Source: a virus
IMG/VR virus record: IMGVR_UViG_3300029258_003546
Span: 16,000-79,999 of that record
Length of the DNA stretch: 64,000 nt
Direction: 5' to 3' (one strand)
Position numbers and translations under genes: made by a program. The notes beneath the pieces were generated by a model, which had not been told where the DNA came from, did no database searches, and saw only the letters and a list, made by a program, of their open reading frames with translations. This document shows, piece by piece, positions 46,918-55,610 of the stretch; position 1 is the first letter of the stretch, and each line of letters starts with the position of its first letter.

Positions 46918-47768
46918 GTATTGCTGAGGGCCGTAAACTAGGGGTACCGGTACTGCTGGTGGCTTTTCGCCGGCCAGCCTGCACGCGTCAGGCACTTGCT
47001 GGTATTCGTGCTGCAGAGCCTGCTCATTTCAGGGCGGCGGCCGACTATGATGGTACCCAGGCCTGCTTGGCGACCAGAGAGATTATCAAGAAAGGGGTTG
47101 ACTGGCCTTGTGATTTCAAGGCGGATATGCCGCAGAGTCGTATGGGGCTTAAGTGTAGGGTGGTGAGTGCGATAGACTGGGTTTTAGGTGAGTTTGACCG
47201 GGTGATTGTAGTAGAGGATGACTGCGTGCTCCATCCCTCATTTTTCCGCTTCTGCGAGGAGCTGCTGCATCGTTACCAGAACGATAAGAGAGTGATGCAT
47301 ATTTCAGCCTTGAATGTGCTATATGGGTCTGGCACTAATACGTCTGACAGCTACTACTTCTCTCAGCGCTTCCACTGTTGGGGCTGGGCTACGTGGCGCC
47401 GGGCTTGGCGGCACAACGATCCGGGCATGTCAGACTGGGATGCAGTGATCAAGTCAGATCTATTACGGCGTACGGCTAGCCACCCTAGGCTGGCAGCACA
47501 CAGGCATAAGAACCTGACTATGATCAAGGCTGGTAAGCTGGCTACCTGGGATTTCCAGTGGGGCTTGTCATGCCTGAAGCGCAACGGCCTGGCGGTCATT
47601 CCCAGGGTGAATGCGGTTCACAATATTGGTTTTGGTGTGGGTGCTACACATTCTCGCAGGCGCCCCCCGTTTGCCCGCAAAGCGCTTGCTACAGGCTTTC
47701 CCTTGAGACATCCGTCAGAGGTGGAGAAGAATATAGGATTAGAGCGGTCTAGCTGCAGATTTCTGTGA
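46914..47768 (+). CDS. GT-A fold glycosyltransferase
   Basis: FRRP, IVVEDDC, WGWATWRRAW, NIGFG..ATH. Confidence 0.8.
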   Translation: MSIAEGRKLGVPVLLVAFRRPACTRQALAGIRAAEPAHFRAAADYDGTQACLATREIIKKGVDWPCDFKADMPQSRMGLKCRVVSAIDWVLGEFDRVIVVEDDCVLHPSFFRFCEELLHRYQNDKRVMHISALNVLYGSGTNTSDSYYFSQRFHCWGWATWRRAWRHNDPGMSDWDAVIKSDLLRRTASHPRLAAHRHKNLTMIKAGKLATWDFQWGLSCLKRNGLAVIPRVNAVHNIGFGVGATHSRRRPPFARKALATGFPLRHPSEVEKNIGLERSSCRFL

Positions 47769-47777
47769 GGATGCGGT

Positions 47778-48785
47778 ATGGATGCCGTTGTGATGTTAGA
47801 CTCGGTAGGCTATAAGTTTTCGCACAAGGCGTTTGGTGGCTTCTTTCATGCAACCAATTGTGTAGCTACCAGCAACTGGACATTGCCGTCTGTGGTGTCT
47901 ATGCTCACAGGCAAGGAATCGGCCGAGCACGGCGTGCATATGAGGCCCAATGTGCGGAATCCGTGGGTGGGCAGAGTGGTTCGGACCGACAAGGTCAGGC
48001 TGTTTCGGCGCTGTGTTGTGCAGTGTGAGTATCCTACCCTGTTCAAAGGCTGCAGATCGTTGTATGTTTGCCAGATACCTGTAGTGCGTTTTGCGTTCGA
48101 CAAGCAATCTGTCTCATTTAAGGATCTGCCGTTGACGCAGCCGGTGGCAGAGACTATCAAGACACTACGTCCGGCGATTCGCAGCTACGATTTCATGTTT
48201 ATTCATCTGAAGGCAGCGCATACGCCTTATACTTGTCACGGGGAAATCCTGGACGAACGCCGTGTAGCTCAGAATTATGCTGCTTTGGCGGATGCGGAAA
48301 AACTGGTGCACGCGTTGTTTACAGATAAGGATAGGGTGATAGTAGCATCAGATCATGGCGATGGAGCCTGTGCGGCTCACACTAAGCATAAGCATACGGG
48401 CGACCACGGGCACGTGTTTTCTGAGCCAGTGTTACATACAATGCTGTGCGCTAACTTCAAGATACCGGAGCCGGATCGTCTGTGCTCAACGGCCTCGGTC
48501 TACACGTTGCTGACCGAAGGTCGACTAGCAGTTCAGCCGGAGGTGTGGGCCAGATTCCCGTTCTATGTAGATGTGCAAACGCACGCCCGGATCGAGCTGG
48601 ATGGCCAGCTGAAGATCACTGTGTTCGTACCGGATGGCTTGAACTTCGATCCCACAGTTTGCTACTGGTGCATTAATGGTATGCTGCATCCGAAGTACCG
48701 TGGGATGAAAAGCACCAGGGTGCCCAAGATCGGCCAGACAGTGACCAAGTTCAAAGAGTACCGGCTGTGGGAAACGCAGACCTAG
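47778..48785 (+). CDS. Sulfatase/alkaline phosphatase superfamily protein
   Basis: MLDS, WTLPSVVSMLTG, HTPY, ASDHG, DHGH. Confidence 0.75.
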   Translation: MDAVVMLDSVGYKFSHKAFGGFFHATNCVATSNWTLPSVVSMLTGKESAEHGVHMRPNVRNPWVGRVVRTDKVRLFRRCVVQCEYPTLFKGCRSLYVCQIPVVRFAFDKQSVSFKDLPLTQPVAETIKTLRPAIRSYDFMFIHLKAAHTPYTCHGEILDERRVAQNYAALADAEKLVHALFTDKDRVIVASDHGDGACAAHTKHKHTGDHGHVFSEPVLHTMLCANFKIPEPDRLCSTASVYTLLTEGRLAVQPEVWARFPFYVDVQTHARIELDGQLKITVFVPDGLNFDPTVCYWCINGMLHPKYRGMKSTRVPKIGQTVTKFKEYRLWETQT

Positions 48786-49669
48786 AGACAGCTGCGCTCA
48801 TACTGCAACGGCTACGCGGCAAGGTGCTGGTATTCGATCACGCATTCCACGGCAAAACTCGCAGCTCGTTTATCATCCTGAAGGATCTTGGCGTTTCCAT
48901 CGCCAAGCGCGTAGCTATACCTGTACCCTACCGGGCGTTTGCTGCTGGCGCTGGTAACTACGACGCTGCCTTGTTCTGGCAGGCGTATCCCTCTGTCGCT
49001 GCCAAGACCGCTTGCCCTGCGTTCTTCGCGCCTATGGAGGATGCTCCAGGCAAAGTACGGCGTCCGTTCATTGACTCGCTGGAGGGCATCCTATGCTTCT
49101 CCAGGCCGTGTGCCGGCTGGTTTTCCAAGTTCCGCGATGTCGGCTACGTGCAGTACATGCCTCCTGTAGCTGAGAGCCCCAGGTTGGAATGCCACGACCC
49201 GCTACGTGTTCTGTTCTGGTACCGCTACAAGCTGTCCGCGGCTGACGTGGCCTGCTTCATCAGCAAGTACAGCGGCAGATCCACTCTCAGCGTGCTGTCT
49301 AGGAACGACTACGGCAAGGAGCTACGAGGGCTGCCTAAGCTGCCCAGCAGGTGTCATGCAACGCTGGGTAGGCAGTGGTACTCCAGGGAGAAATATCTGG
49401 AGCTGCTTGACTGGTGCGACGTATTCGTGGCGCCGCGCAAACGGGAAGGCATAGGCCTGGCGTACCTGGAAGCTATGGCGCGTGGTAAGCTGATCTTGGC
49501 CTGGAATGGCTCTACTATGAACGAATACATTCGTCACTGGGAGAACGGGCTGTTGTTTAGGAAGCTTCCATCTCGGATAAACCTATCCGATCTGGACAGA
49601 TTGCGAAGATCTTCTTTCAAGCATGCTCGACGAGTGCGTGCGGCTTTAGAATCGGTGGTACGGACATGA
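48767..49669 (+). CDS. GT4-like glycosyltransferase
   Basis: APRKREGIGLAYLEAMARG..TMNEYI..ENGLLF. Confidence 0.8.
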   Translation: MGNADLETAALILQRLRGKVLVFDHAFHGKTRSSFIILKDLGVSIAKRVAIPVPYRAFAAGAGNYDAALFWQAYPSVAAKTACPAFFAPMEDAPGKVRRPFIDSLEGILCFSRPCAGWFSKFRDVGYVQYMPPVAESPRLECHDPLRVLFWYRYKLSAADVACFISKYSGRSTLSVLSRNDYGKELRGLPKLPSRCHATLGRQWYSREKYLELLDWCDVFVAPRKREGIGLAYLEAMARGKLILAWNGSTMNEYIRHWENGLLFRKLPSRINLSDLDRLRRSSFKHARRVRAALESVVRT

Positions 49670-50412
49670 GTAAGCCTTTAGTCACTGCAGTTATGATTAC
49701 TGGCAAGACTGTGCATCACGAGAAGTTTTGTCGTGTGGCGCTGAGGTGCTTTCGCGAGCAGACGTGGCCTAACAAGAATTTGGTTATAGTTTCGGATAGG
49801 CATTACGGTCTATTCGAGGAGGAGTTGGGCTCTGATGTGGAATTAGTTGAGCTGCCCAGCAAGCGCCAGCTAAGCGATCTTCGAAATGCGGGCTTGGATG
49901 CTGCTAGCGGTGATTATGTTATTCAGTGGGACGACGATGATTGGCATAATCCAGACCGTATTCAGGTTCAGATGGAAGCCTTGTCTTCGAACAAGCTGGC
50001 GTGCTTGTTGCAATATCAGATTAGATACTCTTTTCGGAATAATGCGGCGTATATAAAGCGTCAGCGTATATTCGGGACTATTCTGCACAGGGCTACCAAG
50101 CACAGATACGATGTTGGTCTAAGACGCCATGAGGATACTCATTTTTTCAAGAAGCATTTTGGTTCAAGTTACGTGATGCTTGGCAAAACGGACAGAGACG
50201 CAGATCACTATATTCGTATGTTTCACGGTCGCAACACATTTGGCGAGCCCCACATAATGGGTCGTTGGCGTGGCAAGTCTAATCATTGGCAGCTGCTGAA
50301 GCATCAAAGGCCGTTTTTGGCAAAAGTACTCCATGATTACTATGGTATTACAGCTGGTCATCAGAAATCGTGTGTTGGGGCTGATAGGTGGAATAGAAGC
50401 AGATCACAATGA
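49666..50412 (+). CDS. GT2 glycosyltransferase
   Basis: PLVTAVMIT, QTWPN, LRNAGL, QWDDDDW, HED. Confidence 0.85.
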   Translation: MSKPLVTAVMITGKTVHHEKFCRVALRCFREQTWPNKNLVIVSDRHYGLFEEELGSDVELVELPSKRQLSDLRNAGLDAASGDYVIQWDDDDWHNPDRIQVQMEALSSNKLACLLQYQIRYSFRNNAAYIKRQRIFGTILHRATKHRYDVGLRRHEDTHFFKKHFGSSYVMLGKTDRDADHYIRMFHGRNTFGEPHIMGRWRGKSNHWQLLKHQRPFLAKVLHDYYGITAGHQKSCVGADRWNRSRSQ

Positions 50413-51119
50413 CCGATCAAATCTCAGACATGGCGGTGGTCATACCGTGCCATGCTGGCGATATACAGGCTATAGTTCCGTTTTTTGATTGGTGTAAGAC
50501 GTTGAAGCCTGGTATAGCTGCGCCGTGGTTTCTGTATGCTGAGCAGACGGTACTTAGTCTGTTTGATAATAAATTGGATAAGCAGCTTACATGGCGGCCT
50601 TCCAGGTGGTCACGTATTACTTTTCCTGGCAAGAGTGTGCCTCCGTTTTGGCCGCATATGCCTAATCGTATGTTTGCGCATCTGCCAAAAGTACGCGCGT
50701 TGCCGGCCTGGTATCTGTGGCTGGAGTTGGATTCAGTGCCGCTGCGGAAAGGTTGGCTGCGTACGATCTACGAGTCGTTTAATCGCAAGGCGGATTACAG
50801 CGCTTTTCCTAAGCTGGGCCGGTCTATTCCGCATTACAGTGGAACTGGTGTATATCGTAAGGAGAGCTTTATCGGGTTCGAGGCGTCCAAGGCGCCACTC
50901 AAGCCGTCCGGTCGTGGTTGGCACGGCCGGGTGCCCTTTGATGTGGCCGTGCATCGACTCAAGTACAAGGCTGCCCCGTTGGATTGCATTGTTTGCTGGA
51001 CACGCGGGCGGTCAGATAAACACAAGCCTCGATGGCGCAGGTTTATAGGTACCAAGCGGGTGCTGTTCCACGGCTACAGGCTGAGGCCAGGCGAAAAACT
51101 GCCAAAGGTTCTGTGCTAG
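50409..51119 (+). CDS. Hypothetical, possibly GT-A-like protein
   Basis: VVIP, WLELDSVPL, GTGVY, PFD. Confidence 0.5.
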   Translation: MTDQISDMAVVIPCHAGDIQAIVPFFDWCKTLKPGIAAPWFLYAEQTVLSLFDNKLDKQLTWRPSRWSRITFPGKSVPPFWPHMPNRMFAHLPKVRALPAWYLWLELDSVPLRKGWLRTIYESFNRKADYSAFPKLGRSIPHYSGTGVYRKESFIGFEASKAPLKPSGRGWHGRVPFDVAVHRLKYKAAPLDCIVCWTRGRSDKHKPRWRRFIGTKRVLFHGYRLRPGEKLPKVLC

Positions 51120-51134
51120 TAAGGGGTTGATCAA

Positions 51135-51428
51135 ATGCTAAGTGTCGTGCTGGGTGTAGGCGCTCTGACTGGTCCGTCTGCTGCTTCAGCTTCTGGCGCA
51201 GGCTGGATGGGGCCGCCTGTGACGAGACGGGCGTCGTTTACCAGAAGTTGGACTCCAATGTCCGGTAGTATTACGTGGGATCGAAGGCGTCCGCTGGATT
51301 CTTTTGCTAGCGGCGGTACCGGCTGCTTAAAAAAGGTGAGCCGAGTAGCATCAGTTAAAGCTCCTCACTGGAGATCTGATGATGTTCCGGGTCAGCAGTA
51401 CGGGGTAGGAAGGTCGAGGCAGCCATGA
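51135..51428 (+). CDS. Small Ser/Gly/Arg-rich family protein
   Basis: Hydrophobic leader plus composition. Confidence 0.45.
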   Translation: MLSVVLGVGALTGPSAASASGAGWMGPPVTRRASFTRSWTPMSGSITWDRRRPLDSFASGGTGCLKKVSRVASVKAPHWRSDDVPGQQYGVGRSRQP

Positions 51429-52168
51429 GACCACGATGGGTAGAAGTATCAGGCGGCGCGTTGAAAGGTTGTTATCTACATATCGATCCGTCTGTTCATT
51501 GGATGGGGGCTATGGCCCGCGGTGAGTACGATCCCTATATCTATCAGTGTCTGGAGGGTACGGATCTTACTGGCTGTGTAGCGTGGGATGTAGGAGCGCA
51601 TATTGGTTATCACACCTTGTCGTTTGCCGTGCTGGTAGGAGCCACCGGCCAGGTCCACGCATTCGAACCAGTTCCATATAACTCGAATCGTATCTTCCGT
51701 CATCTGGAGCGGAACAGCGAGTTGAAGTCCAGGGTTCGTATACACGAGTTTCCTCTGGCAGATTGTCAGGGCAGTGCGGTGCTAAGGTACGACCCGCGCG
51801 GTGCTGATGGCGGTACTGCTATGGGCGCTTACTTGACGACGGCAAAACCTCCACGTAACGGGGGTCAGCCTAAGTTCAAACCGCTCAAGGTGAATACTAC
51901 CAGTGGCGATATCCTGATTGCGAAAGGCAGGGTGCCGCGTCCCGATATAATAAAGGTCGACGTGGAGGGCGCTGAAGGCCTAGTTCTGCGAGGAATGGTA
52001 GGGCTTCTTGCTGCCCAGCATCCGGCACATCTGTTTATCGAAATCCATAATGTGACTGCGATGTTCGACGTTATGGATGTTCTGTACACTTGCGGCTATG
52101 CGCCGGTGTTGATGCATGCAGCATCGGTATCTCGGTGTTTCCTGCATGCTGAAGTTAAGCTCTGCTAG
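51425..52168 (+). CDS. FkbM family methyltransferase
   Basis: WDVGAHIGYHT, AFEP, IKVDVEGAE, IEIH. Confidence 0.9.
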   Translation: MRPRWVEVSGGALKGCYLHIDPSVHWMGAMARGEYDPYIYQCLEGTDLTGCVAWDVGAHIGYHTLSFAVLVGATGQVHAFEPVPYNSNRIFRHLERNSELKSRVRIHEFPLADCQGSAVLRYDPRGADGGTAMGAYLTTAKPPRNGGQPKFKPLKVNTTSGDILIAKGRVPRPDIIKVDVEGAEGLVLRGMVGLLAAQHPAHLFIEIHNVTAMFDVMDVLYTCGYAPVLMHAASVSRCFLHAEVKLC

Positions 52169-52211
52169 GGTGGCGTGAGTAGGTCGCTGCTGCTGCGTCT
52201 TTGAAAGTGAG

Positions 52212-52466
52212 GTGTCTATGGTGGCGGCAGGTTTCTGCATATGCGTCCGCGAAACGTCGCGGTGTTGCTCAAGGAAGAGGCCCAGAACCCACGCGAGGAC
52301 CGATAATCGAGGTACTAGTAAGGCAGGCAGTCGATCAAAGAGGCGGGCTCTATCAGTCAGCCTTGTTCGGTGCGCCCTCTACGCTAGGAGTTATGGGAGT
52401 TATAGGAGTCATATAAGGCACGCTGGTAGCATCAGCTGGTGTTCTAGTACTAAGTTGGAGGACTAA
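52212..52466 (+). CDS. Small Ser/Arg/Cys-rich family protein
   Basis: MVAAGF leader; SD gaggt. Confidence 0.55.
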   Translation: MSMVAAGFCICVRETSRCCSRKRPRTHARTDNRGTSKAGSRSKRRALSVSLVRCALYARSYGSYRSHIRHAGSISWCSSTKLED

Positions 52467-52468
52467 CA

Positions 52469-52666
52469 ATGCTGTTTTGGCGCTTCATACCTCTGAGCAA
52501 GATCAGCGCATCTGATTCTAGTAGGTGTCACAGGCGCGAATCTTCCACACGCGGTTGGTGTACCAGCAGGCTCGGCAGTAGGCGGCATCTGTACCGTAAG
52601 AGGTCCTGGACGGGCACAGCGGGCGGGTCCGGCCGCTACAGATCGAGATCGAAGGGTTGCCCGTGA
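52469..52666 (+). CDS. Small Ser/Arg-rich family protein
   Basis: SD ggagga; YRSRSKG. Confidence 0.55.
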   Translation: MLFWRFIPLSKISASDSSRCHRRESSTRGWCTSRLGSRRHLYRKRSWTGTAGGSGRYRSRSKGCP

Positions 52667-52938
52667 TAGCTCAAATCGGATGTTGCGCTGTTTTTTCTTT
52701 TCATTCTAGCTGTGGTCGCAGGGGTACCACCGCGAACTATCGATCTTGGTGCCAGTTTGTTTGCACCAGCGTAGCTGCAGGGGCCATCGGCTATGATTTT
52801 GAATCACCAGTCATGCAAGTTCACGACGCGGCGAGCTGCAGCGTTCTATCAGCGGGACGTTCTAGCGTGGACTGGAAGGACCGGACGGACAAGTTCTGGA
52901 CCACCAAGGAACTCAAGGAAATCGTGGATCCAGTGTAG
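52663..52938 (+). CDS. Small Ser/Cys-rich family protein
   Basis: GTGA overlap. Confidence 0.45.
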   Translation: MIAQIGCCAVFSFHSSCGRRGTTANYRSWCQFVCTSVAAGAIGYDFESPVMQVHDAASCSVLSAGRSSVDWKDRTDKFWTTKELKEIVDPV

Positions 52939-52996
52939 GCCCCTAGACTGGCGGGTCGTTGTGCAGGAATTTAACACTGTTCTGAAGGAAGGTTAG

Positions 52997-54520
52997 ATGG
53001 CAAAAGCAGATCCAGGCAGGCGGTTCATCAAAGCAGCGCAGAAAGCCGGCAGCGAAGAGGCAGTGATCGATGCCTACCAGCGGCTACTGGCGATAGATGA
53101 GTTGCCGCGCCCGTTTGGTTGTGACGGTTATAGCAGCGACACGCTATTCGAGGCTAAGCTACAGGGAAGGCTGGTATCAGCGGGCCATGTGATTTTAGCG
53201 CAGGCATGTTATTACCTGCGACGGTTTCAGATGATAGGTATAAGCAAGGGCGTGCATTATGCGCCGCCGATACGGGTGGCTTGTGTGGATAAGAACGAGG
53301 CGTTCGTTGTCAAGGCTAGCAGTTTGTCGCCTTATACCAGCAACAATATGTATGATTGGGAGCGACCGCCAAGTTCGCCCGACCTTGCGCTGGTAAGCGC
53401 GTTACAGGCGGAGCGCCTATTCGTTCACGATATGACATCTGAGGCTGGGATAGCTGCGTTTGTAGCTGACATATCTACCGGCGGGGATCGCCCGAAGCAG
53501 TTGATCACCAGGGAGAATTTTGCGCTCGTATTCCAGGTCTGGCGGACGATGTTTCCTGACCTAACGCCCCAAGAAGCGGCCCTGGCGTTCTTCTCGGATA
53601 TTCAATGCCTGTCGTTCGTAAGTGAGGCGCGGGGAATGGTGTCGTTCCAGCCAATGGACAATACCGGCGCGGTCCTGAATAGCATAACAACCCGCGTGGA
53701 AGTCCCCGTCTATCGACGCTTCTGGGATACCTACAAGTTGCCGCCGGACGCGGCGTCCGTAATGTCGATCCTGGAAGCGAAAGACCAATTGATAGCCATG
53801 CAGTCCAGAAGGTCTACCGGGGAGTTTTTCACCCCAATAGAATTAGCGGCCCTGGCCCATGAATACATAGGTAAGGCCATTCCCAATGAGGGCGGCGGCG
53901 TTCACCACTCAATGTACGACTCTCATTACTGGTGGGATTGCTGTTGCGGAACAGGGAACCTGACCCTGATCTGCCCATCCGTAATGAGGGACCGGCTCGT
54001 CATGTCTACGCTGAACCCCGAAGACGTATCAGCCATTCAAATGAGCGGTCAGAACCCCGGCGCAATCCTGTTCCCGTACGACTTCCTGAATCAGCCCGAC
54101 GCAGAGTTGCCGGAAGCGGTAAAGAAACGGCTGACTCCAGGAAGCAAATGGGTTTTCATCCTCAATCCGCCTTTTGCAGCTGGAACAACGGATAGTATGC
54201 AAGGTGGTCGGGCCAGAAGGGGGATGTCGGACACTGAAATCAGGGCCTCAATGCAGGCACGCAAGCTGGGCCACGCCTGTCAAAACCTCTACTCCCAGTT
54301 CCTTTTCAAGCTGGGGCAACTGAAGCGCGATTACCAACTGAACATGACGATTGGCGCGTTCAGTATGGCCCGGTGGCTCAACGGAACCGGGTTCAAGGCG
54401 TTCAGGAAACTGTGGTACGAGGACTTCGAGGAGCAGGGCGGCTTCTGTTTCAGAGCTTCCGAGTTCAACGGAACAACGGGCAAATGGCCGTGTGTGTTCA
54501 CTGTTTGGAGAACGAGATGA
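52997..54520 (+). CDS. N6-adenine DNA methyltransferase, type IIG/IIL-like N-terminal part
   Basis: GEFFTP, WDCCCGTGNL, YDFL, LNPPF, NLYSQF. Confidence 0.8.
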   Translation: MAKADPGRRFIKAAQKAGSEEAVIDAYQRLLAIDELPRPFGCDGYSSDTLFEAKLQGRLVSAGHVILAQACYYLRRFQMIGISKGVHYAPPIRVACVDKNEAFVVKASSLSPYTSNNMYDWERPPSSPDLALVSALQAERLFVHDMTSEAGIAAFVADISTGGDRPKQLITRENFALVFQVWRTMFPDLTPQEAALAFFSDIQCLSFVSEARGMVSFQPMDNTGAVLNSITTRVEVPVYRRFWDTYKLPPDAASVMSILEAKDQLIAMQSRRSTGEFFTPIELAALAHEYIGKAIPNEGGGVHHSMYDSHYWWDCCCGTGNLTLICPSVMRDRLVMSTLNPEDVSAIQMSGQNPGAILFPYDFLNQPDAELPEAVKKRLTPGSKWVFILNPPFAAGTTDSMQGGRARRGMSDTEIRASMQARKLGHACQNLYSQFLFKLGQLKRDYQLNMTIGAFSMARWLNGTGFKAFRKLWYEDFEEQGGFCFRASEFNGTTGKWPCVFTVWRTR

Positions 54521-55491
54521 AACTCGACGTTGTAAGAACCGAAGACGGCATGGTCGTAAAAGAAGGCACAAAAGAGTTCCGCCCGGCTGAAAAGCCGCTC
54601 AACAAATGGGTGAAACGACCAAAGGGTACGCAGACCACCTTGCCAATGTCTTCTGCACTGAAGGTAGCAAAGGGGCGGTCTGTCCGTTGCGATAGGCTGG
54701 CAGAAGGCGCGTTGGGGTATATAAAGTATCACTCGAACGACGCATATCACAACAACCTTTGTTATTTCGTATCAGGCGCAGCAGCAGACGGCCACGGCTG
54801 GTCCATTACGCCCGACAATTTCGAGCAGTCAATGGTGTGCCTGGCGGCTCGTCGTCTGATACCTGATACTTGGTTGAACCACGAAGACGAGTACAATCAA
54901 CCAGATGAACAGCATTCCGACTATCAACAGCTTGTCAACGATGCGGTGATTTACGCCCTTTTCAACGGGGCGAATCAGTCGTCCAGTATCACGCCAGTAG
55001 ACTACGAGGGGCAACAAATAGAGCTTCGCAACGAGTTTTTCCCTTTTACGCGGCACGAGTTTATGACCACTACCGACCTACCGCTATGCGTTTACCAAGA
55101 TGCGCAGGCTTACGGAATAGACCCGTTCGTGTCTGAGTGGCTACACGACAGGCTTGTGATCGAGGGACAACCAGGAGAGCCCCGACAGCACTTCACCGCT
55201 TTCAGTCCTGATGCTCAGACCGTGCTTGATCTGGGACGGTTAATGTTTACGCAAAGCGTAGCAGTACGTATGAACGCCGACCCTCAATACCAACTAGGCC
55301 GTTGGGATGCTGGGTGGTATCAGTTGCGCATGGGCGTGTACAAGAGGGCCAAGTTCGAGCTTTCAAAGGAGCTAAAGGCGCTCCAGTGGGAGTTCGAGAG
55401 AGCGTACAAACTCCTGGCCGAACGGCTGGAGAAGCTGATCTACGAGCTGGGGATGCTACCAAAGGCTGAGCTGCTGGAGGAGGAAACCTGA
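54517..55491 (+). CDS. Partner of the methyltransferase (probable target-recognition part)
   Basis: ATGA overlap; TWLNHEDEY..P, NEFFPF, WDAGWYQ, IYELG. Confidence 0.65.
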   Translation: MKLDVVRTEDGMVVKEGTKEFRPAEKPLNKWVKRPKGTQTTLPMSSALKVAKGRSVRCDRLAEGALGYIKYHSNDAYHNNLCYFVSGAAADGHGWSITPDNFEQSMVCLAARRLIPDTWLNHEDEYNQPDEQHSDYQQLVNDAVIYALFNGANQSSSITPVDYEGQQIELRNEFFPFTRHEFMTTTDLPLCVYQDAQAYGIDPFVSEWLHDRLVIEGQPGEPRQHFTAFSPDAQTVLDLGRLMFTQSVAVRMNADPQYQLGRWDAGWYQLRMGVYKRAKFELSKELKALQWEFERAYKLLAERLEKLIYELGMLPKAELLEEET

Positions 55492-55610
55492 GCTATCAGG
55501 GCGCAGGGTGCAGAATCGTAATCCCGATTGTTATCTAACAGGCTGCTAGACTGGCGGATCATTACCGTATAGAATAAGTCTGTGGCAGTCAGCTCACAGG
55601 AGAACAGTCT

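Noticed and set aside
6773-52938. Small ORFs as classical RiPP precursors
   Set aside because: No YcaO, LanB/C/M, SPASM enzyme or transporter, and no conserved cleavage motif.
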